A stretch of 64,000 nucleotides of DNA from Guillardia theta CCMP2712 (taxonomy: Eukaryota > Protista > Cryptophyta). Of the stretch, positions 46,038-60,355 are shown in pieces. The notes under the pieces were generated by a model that saw only the letters and a list, made by a program, of their open reading frames with translations, had not been told where the DNA came from and searched no databases. A program made the translations under genes and the position numbers. Positions within the stretch are counted from its first letter, which is position 1. Every line of letters starts with the position of its first letter. The stretch covers positions 174,036 to 238,035 of the forward strand of contig NW_005434580.1 of assembly GCF_000315625.1 (NCBI RefSeq), in the 5' to 3' direction.

Positions 46038-47705
46038 TCGAGGGCGAGAGCTTTATGTCCTTTTTGATGGAATTGGTGTACAATCTTACAATCAACCGTT
46101 GTTCCTTCGCGCACTCCCTTACGGACAGAGCGTCTCAAGGCACTCTCAAGGCGCCAGCGAGGTCGTTGGGGGTCAGACGGAGTCAGCTCTGCAGTCTTGA
46201 GAGAAACGTCACGTAGGGCCTCTTTGGGCGTCCTCCTCCTCCTTGTCAAGTTCTGTTGGGGAAAGCATCGTACTTGCATCCTGCAACTTTCTTGCTGCTC
46301 CTGCTCCTGCTTCCTCCCTTGGCCTCTCCAGTTCAAGATGTGATCATGGCGGCGCCTACTGTTATGAACATCACTCCAGCCATCATCCGCAGTACACTCC
46401 CGAAGGGCATCTTGGCCCTGCGAGCATGTAAGGGAGGAAGTGTACAGGGTAGGCCATAGTCACCGCTTCGAAGCCTTGAACAGCCTTCCATGAGCCCAGG
46501 TAAGGAGGGCAAGCATCGAGCAATCTGTACATTTCAAGAGCGTCAGGATGTGGTGGGGTGTTACAATCCTTGCTCACAAGTTGTCAACTTGACCCCCTGC
46601 CATGTCGTCACTCCGGGAGACGAGGCACAGGGACTTACCGTTGCAGATCTGTCAATGGTGGGGAAGCGATTGTATGATATGCTCAGAAGCACGCCTGTAG
46701 GGATGGAAAAATGAGGCTGTACATAGGGGAGGGAGGGAGAGGGAGAGGGAGAGGGAGAGGGAGAGAGGAGAGGGGAGAGGGGAGAGGGGAGAGGGGAGAG
46801 GGGAGAGGGGAGAGGGGAGAGGGGAGAGGGGAGAGCGGGAGGAAGGGAGGAAGGGAGGAGGGAGGAGTGACGGAGAAGGTAAGAGAAAATACAACGAGCA
46901 AGAAGATCCGAGTAAGAGAGTAAGGGAGGGGGGGGGGAGGAAGGAGACCCAACAACCTTGGCTTGCAAACGCCGTGATCACAGGCTCTGTCGACAGGTCG
47001 CCCCAGTTCGGATGCGAGCTGGTCCCGATGCACAACAACCCCAGGGACCCAAGAAGGAAGGAGCGGGAGAAAGGGTAGAGGTCCTGGTAGTCCAGGCTTG
47101 TTATCAAGGAGAGCAGCTCCGACCCTCCACTCCTGGCTAGCTCCATGAGGTCAAGGCAGCGGCGCCTCAAGTATTCCGAGGAAGCAGAAAGAACTCCAGC
47201 ACAATACTGCCCTGTGCGCCAGACGTAGGACTGAATGACATTGTGGGCAGAGTCCTTGGAAAAGTCCTCCCTCACTTGCAACACAAGATGGTTCAGACCC
47301 GTCCAAGAAGATCGTAGGAACGTGGCGAACTGCAGGAGACGGGGCAGCACGCAGCATGGCGGCACAGCAGGAGAAACTTCGTCAGCAAGGGGGGGCGGGG
47401 CGGTATCAGTGGTAAGTTTACCCGGGTGAAGTGCAGGTGAAGCTCGGATATCCTCCTCTCCATCATCCATCCTAGCAAGAATTCAGCCGCCATGGTGCGA
47501 ATAAACGCGAACATGTCTTACCATATGCGCGGGAAAGGTGCTCGTAAACCTTGCCATGGAACGAGGCCGTCAAGCTTCACGAAGCGGCAGCTTATCGCAA
47601 CTCACCCATGTGGAAGCTAGCGTCGCTTGTCTTAGGATCGGAGCCACAGCTTCTGCGAATCCTGCTCCTTCTCCTGCTCCCGCTCCTGCTCCCGCTCCTG
47701 CTCCC

Positions 47706-47736
<31 letters not shown>

Positions 47737-48248
47737 ATGCACCTGCTGTGCCTGCACCTGAACTTGCTTCTGCTGCTGCTGCTGCTGCTGCTCCTTCTCC
47801 CCGCCCCCCGCCCCAAGCACCCCAAGCCTTCTCCCCGATTCCCGCCATGGCAAACCAGGGCAGCGCTCAATTCGATAGGCTAGTTTGATGCTGCCTTTAG
47901 GACACCCCAGGGATGCCGCAAAAACAATGCGACTATCCTCCCTTCCTGCCTGCCTGCCTGCCTGCCTGCCTCCCTCCCTGCCTGCCTGCCTGCCTGCCTC
48001 CCTGCCTGCCTCCCTCCCTCCCTCCCTCCCTGCCTCCCTGCCTCCCTCCCTCCCATCCTTCCATGCTCATTTCGCACCCTTCCGTGTTTCCTTCATCTCA
48101 GAGGCAGAACAAAGAAATGGCAGGAAGCGGAGACGGAGGACGGGGGCAGGGGCAGAAGGAGCAAGGGAGGAGCAGAAGCAGGAGAAGGAGGAGGAGGAAG
48201 GGCAGGAGCAGGAGCAGGAGCAGGAGGATTGACGGGGTGGAACACAGG

Positions 48249-49975
48249 ATGCGTCATGTCCAGCTCGTGATGGGGCCTGCTGGATGCGGCAAGAGCACCT
48301 ACTGTCACACTATGTATGAGGTAGGCGAGTTTCCCGCACAGCCATCGTTGCCTTACCCTCCCCATGTCAGCATGGATTAGCAAGCAAGCGGTCCTTTCAG
48401 ATTGTCAACCTCGACCCGGCGGCGGAACATTTCAAGTACCCGGTCACTGTAGGTAAAGATGCTCCTATCTCCATGCTGTGGGCCCGGAAGGTTCACTGGT
48501 ATGAACGAACGTGACAGATGTAAGGGAGTTGATCTCGCTAGATGATGTCATGGAGGAGCTGGACTATGGGTGAGTAGGAGGGTCTGACATGAGAGCTGAC
48601 GACACATGTTACATACGTTGAACACAGCAAGACAGTATCTGAACTCACACAGGGTTTCTCTCTAGAGCAGCTTGCATGTTTGCTGCTTTTCTCGCTAGAA
48701 CCCTTGGCTCCCCTTGTTCTAACTCTTGACCTGTTCAGCCCCAACGGAGGCCTTGTGTACGCCTTTGAGTACCTTGACGAAAACCTCGAGTGGCTGCGGG
48801 AGCAGTGAGTGTTTTGAGCATAAAAAAATGTTGTTCCTGATGATCTGAAGGCTGGGGGATTCCGATGACGATTATTTCATCATGGACTGTCCGGGTCAGA
48901 TTGAGTTGTACTCTCATGGTATGACTTCATTACTATATATCTTGCTTTGATGAACAGTATCTGCAGTGCCAGTCATGAAGAATCTTGTTCAGGCTCTTCA
49001 ACGATGGGGGTTTCTTGACTTGTTGTGTTGCTGGCTGTCTTATTTCTTGCCCATCGATGGCAGGTTCATGGTTTGCGGGGTGTATGTGATAGATTCACAA
49101 TTCATAGCTGATCCTGGTCAACATCGAGATTGTTCACTCGGCAGTCTCTCTGATTCTTCTGATCAGGAAAGTTCATCTCTGGCTGTCTTGCTTGTCTCTC
49201 AGGTGCTTCACAACATTGCTCGTAGCTGTTCCCTTCAATGATTGATGTGATCAGCGATGGTGCAACTTGAAATCCCGCATGTCAACGTCCTCACTAAGAT
49301 GGACCTCGTACGGAAGAAGAGAAGTTTCATGGTTTCCGTCCTCTCCTCTCCTCCCCGATCAGAACATCACTGCACGTTGCAGGAGAAGTTCTACCAGCCA
49401 GACATCGACGAGCTCATAGCTGATCTCAACGCAGACTCAAATCCTGCGATGTACAAGTGAGCCGCTAATGACAAGATGCCATTCCCCTGTCTCTGACATG
49501 CTGGCAGGTTGAACCAAGCCATGGGCTCTCTACTCGACGACTACAGGTGGACTGAGGTTGAGCATGCCTAGGGCTCACTATGTGATGCCGTGCAGCCTTG
49601 TTGGGTTCCTGCCGTTGAACATCTACGACCCTGACAGCGTCATCTTTGTGAGCCCCTCCTTTCCCTCCTTTCCCTCCTTTCCCTCCTTTCCCCCCTGCCC
49701 CTCCTGCCCCTCCGTTCCCTCCTTTCCCTCCATTCCCCCCTGCCCCTCCTGCCCCTCCTTTCCCTCCTTTCCCTCCTTTCCACCCTGCCCCTCCTGCCCC
49801 TCCTGCCCCTTCTGCTATGCCGCCTGACGAGCCGCCAGGTCCTGTCGCACATCGACAACGCGATACAGTATGGGTAACTCCTCCTCCCCTCCTCTCCTCC
49901 CTCTTGCTGACGTCCACGTGCAGGGAGGACCGGGAGCCGGCGGAGCCCGAGGAGTACGAGGTCCCCGATGAGTGA
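48249..49975 (+). CDS. GPN3: GPN-loop GTPase 3, multi-exon
   Basis: QLVMGPAGCGKSTYC, VNLDPAAEHF.YP, PNGGLVY, DCPGQIELYSH, EIPHVNVLTKMDL and HIDNAIQYGED.EP. Confidence 0.9.
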
Positions 49976-50689
49976 GGCAGGAGAGTTTTCAGCTCCGATC
50001 CGAGAGCTTGCTGAGATTCATTAGACCCTAAGTCGCTCTCTGCGAGCCTAAGCTTGTCTGGGCTGGTTGGCCCGCCGTCTGATCGTGACAAGAAAAGAGT
50101 AGAAGGGTTAAGAGGGTCGAGGAGGAGGAGGAAGAGGGGGAGGAGGAGGAGGAGGAGGAGGAAGAGGAGGAGGAGCGCTAGAAGAGAGGAGGGGGGCTAG
50201 AACGGAGGAGGAAGGGGGGCACCCGAAAGGAGGGGAAAAGAAAGGCTTGTAGTCAAGATGGTCACTCCGACCAGTCCAGCTGAGGTTTGTGGGGACTGAA
50301 TGAGTTCAAGTGGTCGAATGTTGAGTTTGGGATTCACTCGCTACTACATTTTCTGTAGCCATGGATCAAATACCATCCTGCCTCCTTCCCACTCCTCCCA
50401 TCCTCTTTCCTCACTCTCCCTATTTTTCTCTCCTCTTCTCTCCTCTTCCCTACCGTCCTCCCACCCTCCTCCCTCCTCTTCTACACTTCTACTTCCCTTG
50501 ATCTCTGCCGATGCCTCTCTCACTCTGCCGCCATAAAAGGAGCAGGCTCACGTACGAGGTTCGAAGCTCAAAGCGAGCAGGAGATCAGGAGGAGAAGAGC
50601 GCTGTGATGCGACATGAGGGCACAAGTCACAAACTACACGATGATCAGTCTACCTCTACCCTCCTTGGGACCTCAAAGGATCGCAAACC

Positions 50690-50756
<67 letters not shown>

Positions 50757-50917
50757 TAGTAGTGATCGTCGTCGTTGTCGTCGTCGTCGTCATCATCATC
50801 TCATTGTTCATAGCGCAGTAACATTGCTGTTATCGCTGTTATCTGCTATCTGTGGGTGTGATTGTATAAGTGCTTGTAACATCATCCTCCTCCTCCTCCT
50901 CCTCCTCCTCCTCCTCC

Positions 50918-50965
<48 letters not shown>

Positions 50966-51083
50966 NNNNNNNNNNNNNNNNNNNNNNNNNNNNNNNNNNN
51001 NNNNNNNNNNNNNNNNNNNNNNNNNNNNNNNNNNNNNNNNNNNNNNNNNNNNNNNNNNNNNNNNNNNNNNNNNNNNNNNNNNN
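50966..51083. other. Assembly gap (N run) inside a (CAT)n microsatellite
   Basis: Run of N flanked by CAT repeats. Confidence 0.98.
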
Positions 51084-51101
51084 CATCATCATCATCATAT
51101 A

Positions 51102-51136
<35 letters not shown>

Positions 51137-51137
51137 A

Positions 51138-51210
<73 letters not shown>

Positions 51211-52084
51211 TTTATCTTCTTACTGCTGCTGTCGCTGCTGCTGTTCTTGTTATTTGTTGTGTTGGACATGTTGTTTTATTGTTGATTGTTTTTCACTTGA
51301 CGTACATTCGAATCTCACCGTACCCGGTAGGTTCAGGATTGCACGCTTGGACGGGTACTTTAAGCATTAAATTCAAGGGTGGTCTGCAATATGGGGGGTT
51401 GGAGAAAGGGGTGGGCATTTGGCGCGCGTTTCGGGCCTTTCACAAGGAATGAACGAGGGGAATGAGACAACGAAGAGGGTATCATGGAGGAGAGGAGGAG
51501 AGGTTGTGCGAGAGAGAGCGAGTAGAAGGAGGAGGAAGAGGAGGAGGAAGAGGAGAAGGAAGAGGACACAGTGGTGAGTAAAGATGAAGCGGGAGTGAGG
51601 GGAGAAGGGAAGGATGAGGTGTTTATCATCGAATTGAGATTTTCTGATGATGCAAGTTGAAGCATCATGTGTGATCGAAGACGAAAGTGTGATGAGAAGA
51701 AAGCTGGAGATGGGATAGAAGGAAGAAAGCACAGACTTGCATGACGCTGGTCGGACACGATGGTAGGGAGTCTGCTCTTGTCCTCATAGCCATGAAAGCG
51801 ATCGGAATGAGTGTAGATGTAGGAGATATTGAGACGAGGAAGACAAAGAGAAGGAGAGAATGAGGGAAGTGGCAGGAAAGGGGACAGGACAAGGGAAGAT
51901 CGACGTCGTGAGACGTGTTGATTTCGTTGGACAACAGCAACTTATGGAGACTGTTTGGAAGAGTTGTTCAATATTTTTGTGGTGTTTGTAGAGCAGATGA
52001 CACGTGGAGGAGGTGAATTCTGACAAGATATTATTCATCGGAGATGATCTGACTTCTGCTATGATAGTTGATGTGCATTGCAGG

Positions 52085-55000
52085 GGTGAATCATTGAGCT
52101 TGACCTACCTCGGGATGTTTGTTCTTGCTCGCATACGGTGAGCTGGGATCTGTTCTACTACACTCGTTTGAGTCATGGATTGCTTTGAGGGACGCCAAGC
52201 AGGTATGTTTCCTCTCATTGCAAGGACGAGCGCGGGCTCCACCTGATGATACTCCAAGTCCTTTAGTGATCGAAGACGCAGGCCAGTCACAGACGGAGGG
52301 GCTGAACAAAGACTTCGAAGATTTGCCCTCTTCCAGCAAGAAGAGCCAAACTAAATCAAATGAATCCTCTAGCTCTCGGCCTGAATTTTCCCCTGGTGAT
52401 ATTGTGGAAGCTCGGTGGACTGAACCGGCTGCAGATGGTACTAGATTCTCTGATGTCAAATTTCCCTCCCAGTAATGAGTTGTAGGATTGTATCACTACT
52501 ACAGAGCAAAGATCTTGTCGTTCAGTAACGGGTGCTATGAAGTAAGATGAATTGTTTCAGACTTTATGGTTTGCTTATTACCATGTCTCAGATTCGATGG
52601 GAAGACCCGGATGGCTTCGACCCCGTGATTACATTGAGAGCGGCTCGTGTCAGGAGTATAGGATCTGGGAAGCCACAGAAACCACGTAGAAGAAGAACGA
52701 CGTTCGAGTCCAATCGGTGACGTGTCTCAGTTTTGTTCTGCAAGGATGATTTTCCTTTTACAGATCGGAATCTCGAGTTCAGAACGCCATCTTCCTTCCC
52801 ACGAAAAGCTCTTCCGGCAGAAAGGTCAACCGGATTCAGAAGTTTTCTTTCTCCGAAGCATACCAGAGCTCGTCGCTGCCACCAGTGATGAAGAAACCGA
52901 AGCCTATCGAGGAGGAGATAGCTGGCAAGTGGGTGGGCGAATCTCTTGGGTTCAACGGGTACAGGAAGTACTACCGATCAGTCGAGCTCGCTTCGAACGG
53001 GGAAATCATTGAATGCGGAAAATGTGTTGCGATGCGACCTCCTCAGTCGAGTCGAAGCAAGTGGGACGCCAGCAAGTACATGCGCCTGATGTTTCTTTCC
53101 CATCGAGTCATTTCGCTCTTGCAGGCCATGGATAGCTGCTGTCAAGGACCTCTTCGAAGACACATATGGGAACATGATGATGAATTGCGTATATACCTGC
53201 GTCTCACTTTCGATGTAGGATTGACCATTCTTAGGTCTGGTTTTATCGCCCTTACGACTGCAAAGGAGTTCAGTTGCCTGAGGATACATTAAGCACAGAA
53301 ATATTCTTGAGTAAGTGGAATGGCACAACACAGCTAATTCTGCTGTTGTTCGAGTGCTGTTGATAACGTTGCAGGTGGTGTAGCGGATGAAAACAGCATT
53401 TTCTCCATCCAGGGCTCTTGTGAGGTTCGAGGCCCACAAGATTTTGAGCTTTATAAACAGAAGCAAGCTCTCAAGGTTTCAGAATCCGAAGGTGAATGGT
53501 CGACTTCTTGGAAACTTTGTCTTGATGCAGCTCTTGTTCAGAAATCGTTTCCGATAAAGAGCCTCTCGTGCTCCTGTGTCGACGGCGGTGAGTCAATGTG
53601 TAGAGTTGACGCCCAGCCACAGTCCTGATAATTTTCTTAACAGATTTGAAGAGGATTCCTTCGAAATTGTGGACATCAAAGATACGCAACGAGAGATTGA
53701 GAGGGCTGTGAATGGAGTTCATTACTTGCAGAAGTCAGTCATGCAGCACATCCGGAATTTCCAGCAGGAGTGGATTGAGATCTTGATGAAGAACCAGATC
53801 AACTCAAAGATTTCGCCAGAGATCCTTCAATTTTTGAAATCAAGGAATCCGGGGTTTGAGGCAACGTTGAATTTGGCATTTCACGAGCAAGTTCGCAAAT
53901 CTCAAACTCGCAGTTTCTATGCGGAGGAGATTGTGTTCGAGGAGAGCGATGTTCATTTCCATGACAGGAACTATGCCGATGGTTTCGTTGGGTTCCCGAA
54001 CCGCGAATTCTTCAATTCCAAGTTTCAAAAACTCCCGTCGCAAAGTCACAGAAAGGAGAATTATGACCGCTGCCAGAATGACTCAAGTTTCCAGAATGCA
54101 AAGAAGCGATCTTCAGACCAGATAATCGACACGACCCGCCTATCACACAAACTTAAGAAGGCCAGGCCATCAGAAGCAGAAGTTCTAGAGAACAAGCACG
54201 TCAGGACATTTCAAAGCGAAGGAGGTCACTCGGATGATACAACGGCTTCGCAGCAATCAACTCCGTTGATCGAATCTCGTCAAGATGGAAATACTCCAGA
54301 CCAATTCCCGAGATGTGCGGACAGGAGTTTCGAGAACAACCACAACGAAGAGGTGAGGCATGCAAGTCGATACCACTGTTGAGCCCCGTGCAGGAGTTCG
54401 ATGAAGCGAGCCAGAACGGGAGCTCGGACATGGATGCCGACTCTTCTTCAGATTCCGATGGGTGGTCGTCGAGCGACTGCTTGGAGACTGACAGGCGAGT
54501 GTTCCTGTCGGACATCAACCCTCACCTCTACACTCGTCCCAAGACTGTCAAGGGGGGAACGGAATGGTATCCCAAGTTGACGCCTGAGGAGGCCAAGACC
54601 AGGGCAGGATACCCTTGTTTGTGGGTCTGCGCCTACCCGATGTGCGGGCAAGCGTTTGCCAGTAGGCATTTCTGTAAAGCTCATCAGCTATCGGCGAAAC
54701 ACGGCAAGTGGGAGGGAGAAAATCCTGTGAGCGACTAGCGATGGTGGTTGCGTGTGTCTGAGATGCTCGACTGCAGATGATATCCAAGAGCGGCAAGCAG
54801 ACAGCTATCGTAGTCGATTGCACCAGGAGCGGTGAGGTAACATTCGCTTCTCCCACCATAGAGAAGAAGATGAGGAAGGTAGACGAGCTCGATGCCCTTC
54901 GAGGCTCTCGAGATTGACACGTCATTGCCGTGCAGCTAGTCAAACAGATGTCCGGCAGCGAAGAGCCGCAGATTGACATGAACTTGCCGGTCCCTGGGAA

Positions 55001-55800
55001 AGTTTTGCACACGGGAGATCGTAAGTTCCTCTAAAGCTTCCGGTCGAGCTCTGACATGCGAGAAGGCTGCAAGGGATGGGGCTTGTTTGCTTGCAAGCAC
55101 GTGCAGAAGGGAGAGTTCATAGGACACTACTCGGGAGTCGTGACAGACATCGGTTACGCCAAGCGCTACACGGGTCACTACACCTTCGGAGTGATCCATG
55201 GGCTGGCCATCGACGGGACGGCGGTAGGAGTGAGGACGAGGACGAGGAGAAAGAGGGGGGGGGGGTGTTGTGGGAGGGAGGATGTGTAGCTGGTCGGGTG
55301 ACTTGAGGCACAGGGTGGCGCCTTGAGGTTCATCAATCACTGCATGGAGAATGAGGAGCCGACAGCTCGAGCTCTGATAGTGAATCACCACGGTAGGAAG
55401 TTGAAATGACCTTGTCCGGCCCCTTCTTTCCTTGGTTGATCCCTATCCCCCTCCATTCCTCCTTCCCTTCCATTCTCCCTCCCTCCCTCCCTCCCTCCCT
55501 TCCCTCTGCCCCTTCCCTCCCTCTGCCCTTCTCTACCCCTCTTTTCTTTTCTTCTATTTAGCATAGTAGATGCTTGACCTGACCTTGTGTGATCCTGCAG
55601 GTGTATGCCATGTAGCAGTGTATGCGGCACAAGAGATCCAGGTTGGAGAAGAGATAACGCTGCGGTATTTGGATGTCTCGGTAGGCAAAGAACGATCAAA
55701 TCGTTGGCACCAACTCACTTCTTTGAGCAGGATGCTGAATTCTTTGCATCTCCTTGCGGATTGGACTAATTCGCTTGTTCCTCTTTCAGTTTTAATGTAA
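52085..55800 (+). CDS. Chromatin protein: Tudor/Agenet-like + BAH + C2H2 finger + SET domain (multi-exon, approximate; may be more than one gene)
   Basis: FSPGDIVEARW (Tudor). PWIAAVKDLFED...WFYRP (BAH). CAYPMC...H....H (finger). KGWGLFA....KGEFIGHYSG, RFINH and A.QEIQVGEEITLRY (SET). Confidence 0.75.
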
Positions 55801-58800
55801 AGTAGCAGGTGAGCTAGTCCTTCACTGGTCCCTCGTCTTCGTTCCCTCCTCTTCCCCCTTCTTCATCTTCTCCTTCATCTTCTCTTTCATTTCCTCCTTC
55901 AACTTCGAGTATACTTCTACCACCTCCGCCACCTGGCCTCGTCACGTCACATGTCACAGCCCTCTCAGCAGACAGCTCGCTTACCGTTGCGATATCTCCG
56001 TCAAAGTGACAAGTTACATCGATCGTATCCAGGGCAAAGATGAACGACTGGCAAATCAGGAAGAAGTTGTCAACAAGGTTGGACCAGGGGAAGGGGAAGG
56101 GAAATAGGCAGGGGTAGAGAGAAAGGGGCAGTTGTAGGGGAAGGGATAGAGAGAAAGGTGTAGCGGCAGGGGCAGGGGCAGGGACAGGGGAGACTGACGT
56201 TGTCCGATCTTGAGCTCAAGTCTCCCTTCTTCCTCAAGTGAACTGGGTCGCCCTCAGCTCCGAACCTCCGAGTCTCTCCCCTCACCACTCCGAGGGTCAT
56301 GCACGAGCACGTCCGAGATGGCCTGCTTGACCTGACCAGCATCGAGTCAGCTGGTCAGCAGCTGGTGATGCAGGGAGGAGCTGGACCTCTTCCTTGGTCT
56401 TGAAGAAGGTGAAAGATGGAAGAAACTTGTCTGTACGTCATAGGGTAAGTGGCAGCTGGGGGTCATGGTGAAGGAAGCAACCGATCTGACTCTCCGCCTC
56501 CTGCGAGAACTGAACGTTGAGCCTCGCGACCGGAGGCCTCTTGATCCACTGGCAGAGCAGGAGAGTCAAGACAGAGGAGGAGGAAGAAGTAGTGGAGCAG
56601 GAGCAGCAAGGAAGGTATGTAGAGATTGACAAAGAGGAGGGTCAAGGAAGCGCTAGAGGAGTTCAAGATCGAGAAACTGGATAAGAAAAGGGGAAGGGGG
56701 GAAGAAGAGGAGAAAGGGAAGGGAGAGATGGAAAAGAGGAGGAGAAAGAGGAGGGAGAAAGAGGAAGGAGGACGACGACGAGGACGACGTCGAGGAGGAG
56801 GAGGAGGAGGAGGAGGAGGAGGACGAGGACGAGGAGGACGAGGAAGATACCTCAGGAATCTTCACTTCCTCATCAGTCTCGTTGTCATAGTCGGGTATAT
56901 ACGGCTTGATGTCAAGGATGGGAGTTCCCTTGTAGACGTCAGCTGGATTATACCCCCACCCGTCCCTACCTGTATGATGTCAACCCCACTGAGGTGAAGC
57001 GTTCGCCCCTCCACCCGCTCCAGCTGCCTGCGGCCTCAGCAGCAGCCTAGCTGAAAGATGGGAGGCGGACCTTGCACAGAGACAGCCCAATGGGGTTGGG
57101 CCGATGGGGGGTGCGGGTGGCAAACAAGCCCTTCCTAGTGCCGTCGAGGCGAGGAGGATGAACGAGTGCCTTGATGGACTGGAGGTGCTTGTCATGTGCA
57201 TGGCGAAGATGGAGGAGGCGGCAGCGAGGGGAGGGAAGCAGAGAGACAGACGAGCAGGGGAGGGGCAGGGTCAACAAAGTAGGGAGGAAGAGTCTAGAAG
57301 GTGAGCAGAGGATGGAGAGAAGGATGGGAGAGAGGAGAAAATCGCGAGAAACCTTGTTGCCATTGTCGTGAAAGAGAAAAAGTACCCACACCTGCAGGCA
57401 ACTGATGAGAGACGTGCGGGGGAGGTGGAAGTCGAGGAAAAGGAGCAGCAAGAGAAGAGCGAGGAGCAGGAGAAGAGCGAGGAGCAGCAGCAGGAGGAGC
57501 ATGAGACATGAGAAAACTCGGTCAGTCCAATGAGCGTGTGCTCCGGATTAGTTCCGAACAAAATCGTGATAGAGCTGCCAACATGTCAAGAAACCCCAAC
57601 GACGGGAGGGCTCTGCGAACCCCTTGGACGTCTTAGCGACGTTCCCCTGCCGAGGAGTCCCGTTCTGCAGCAGAATCAACAACTCCTCTCCCCTCTCCCG
57701 TACCCTACTTCCCGTCTCCTCCCCATCCTTTCCCCCCCCACCCCCCCTTTCTCCTCCATTCTTCTCCTTCACTGTCCCCTCTCCTCTCCCCTCCCCTCCT
57801 ATCCCCTCCTCTCCTCTACTCTCCTCTCCTCTCCAGTCTTCCCTCACCTTCTCAAGGAAGCACGACGACATATACCCGATTGGACGCAGACCGACGATTG
57901 GCTGACCTTCCCAGACGACTCCTCCTCCCTGGCACGAGAACAACTCAGTCCCCGCAAGGGCCCAACAGTCTACTCGCCTCCATGTCCGATGGGATCGAGA
58001 CTGGTTTCGCTCTTGTGCCGAGGACCTGACAGGAATCAGAGGAGGAGGAGGGGAGGGAGGGAGCGGACTTCGGCGACAGCCAGGTCCTTGGGTCTTGCCT
58101 CTTTGCCGGCAAACCCGTAGCCTGGTGCTCGCATGTCAGGTGGGCAGCAGACGGGTCGGGGTGCTAACCGCTTGCCGTCAGGAGCTCCTTCCTGCTGCTG
58201 GAATTCTTCTCTCGCAATGACCTGGAAGGAAAGGAGGTGAAGGAAGGAGAGGAGATGAAGGAAGGAGAGGAGATGAAGGAGAGAGAGGAGGTGGTGGTGG
58301 AAGAGGAGATGAAGGAGCGGAGGTGAAAGAGGGAGAGGAGGTGAGGAGGGAGGGAGAGGAGATGAAGGTGGGAGAGGAGATGAAGGTGGGAGAGGAGAAA
58401 GAGGAGGAGGAGGAGGTGAAGAAGAGAGGAGGTGAGGAGGAAGAGGAGGTGAAGGAGCAGAGATGAAGGAGGGAGAAGAGAAAGAGGAGGAGGTGGTGGT
58501 GGAGGAGGTGGTGGAGGGAGAGGAGGTGGGGGAGGTGCAGGAGGAGGAAAACGAGGACCCTTACTTGTTCTCTGCTTTGAGGATCTCACACCAAGACGCG
58601 AGCTCCTTGACCTTCAACTTCGTCCTCAAATTAGCCCGGAGATCACTGATAAGCAGGGAAGCTACGTCACACCTCAAGGGCATCTATCCTCCTTTGTTCG
58701 CTAGACTTCGCTTCGTTCTTAACCTTGTAAACATCCCCGTCAATCAACTGCCCCCTACCACACAACTCACCTCCTCTTCATTGCTGTACAATTCATTCAG

Positions 58801-60355
58801 ATCTCGTTTCCTGCATGATTTGCCCTCTACGCTCTGCAAACCGTTAGAGACGTTCCCAATCTCATTCATCCAACGGAGACTTCTACCATAAACAGCGAAG
58901 AGACTATCTTGTAGCATTTCCCTTCCGCTGCTGCCTCTACCATTGACCCTACGACATCATCAGGGCTCTATCAAGCCGATGTCGTTTGGCATAGACCGTC
59001 TTCGCGCAGCTCGACCACGTTGTCGTCTTCGTCAACCAGCAAAGCATGCGATCCTAACATGTTTCAGTTCCAATCACTTGGCTCTGACATCTTCGTGCTC
59101 ATGCTCTCCTCCACTCCTGCTCGCATGCTCTCCTCTTTCTCTCTTCTCCTCCTCTCCTCCTCTCACCCAGCATCTCCTTCAGCTTCTTGTCGTCCTTCAT
59201 CTTCACCACCGCATCTCCAATCTGAACCAGCATTGCGGCCACTCACTCAATTCATCCCCCTCTTCACCCCCCTCATGCCCGGGCCCCGCAGCTCCGGGAC
59301 CCCGGCCCGGCCCCGGCCCAGGTCAGACAGGGCCCGGGCCGGCCGGGCCCGGCGGCCCGGTACTCCTTTACCATCTATTACTACAGCCACTGACGGATTT
59401 AGGCCACCAAGATGGGAGGGCTCACTTGTGGCTGACTGAGAGGCCACGGGTCATCATGTGGGGGGGTGATTTTTGCACAAGATGATAGGTAGGGGTTATT
59501 ACCCCTACCCTCAAAAGGTAGAATTCTGGTTGCTCCACCCCACCTTTGCATCATAAGAAGGGGTACTATAGATCAGTGAACTCTTAAGTGAGAGCATAGG
59601 AAAATTGACGATAGGGTGGACCATGCAAACAGCGAGCGGAGTACCATGCGATCCTCCCGCCATGCCATGTTCCTGATGAAACGATTTACATCTCCTTACC
59701 CCTTCCACTCTCCTGCTTCCTCTGTCTCTGTCTCTGTCTCTGTCTCTGTCTCTGTCTCTGTCTCTGCCTACCTCCCCCTTTCTCCCTCCACATCCTCGAC
59801 CTCCGTCTTACTCATGGCTCTCCTTACCTGCGGCAGTGCCCTCCTTCTCAATCACGGGTCGAACTTCATCCCTTTCCCGCTCCGGTCTCATGGTGCTGCT
59901 TCAACCTCTACACTTCCCTTAACATATTGTCATATTTGTTTCGCATCATGCTCCCCATTCCCGTCTCCCATCCTCTTCAGATAATGCTCCTGCTCCATAG
60001 CTCTCATCCTCCCGCTTCTTGCCTCTTACGAGTCTGTTTCGCCGTTCTGTTGTTGACATCTGGATGTTTTTTTCTTCAACCCCCCCCGCCTCGATGATTA
60101 CTTCAACAATTTCACACACTTTAATTGAGCCTTTTCTCATACTAGCATTTTCAATGGCTCAAACTTGTGCGGTGATCGTGACTTCCTGACATGTTGTTCC
60201 TGTACAGATCTCATACTCGTACTTTCTGAAGTCATACAGATCAAACCTGATCTCATCTTGATCTCGATGCCGATGGTCACCCTTCACTCGAAACGTCTCC
60301 ATGGGTCAACATAGAAAGCTGACGCGCATTTCTTCACCTGCGATCGGATGGCGCG

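Noticed and set aside
55800-59300. Probable minus-strand multi-exon host gene
   Set aside because: Exon-like fragments are present, but I could not support a model or a product from the sequence alone.
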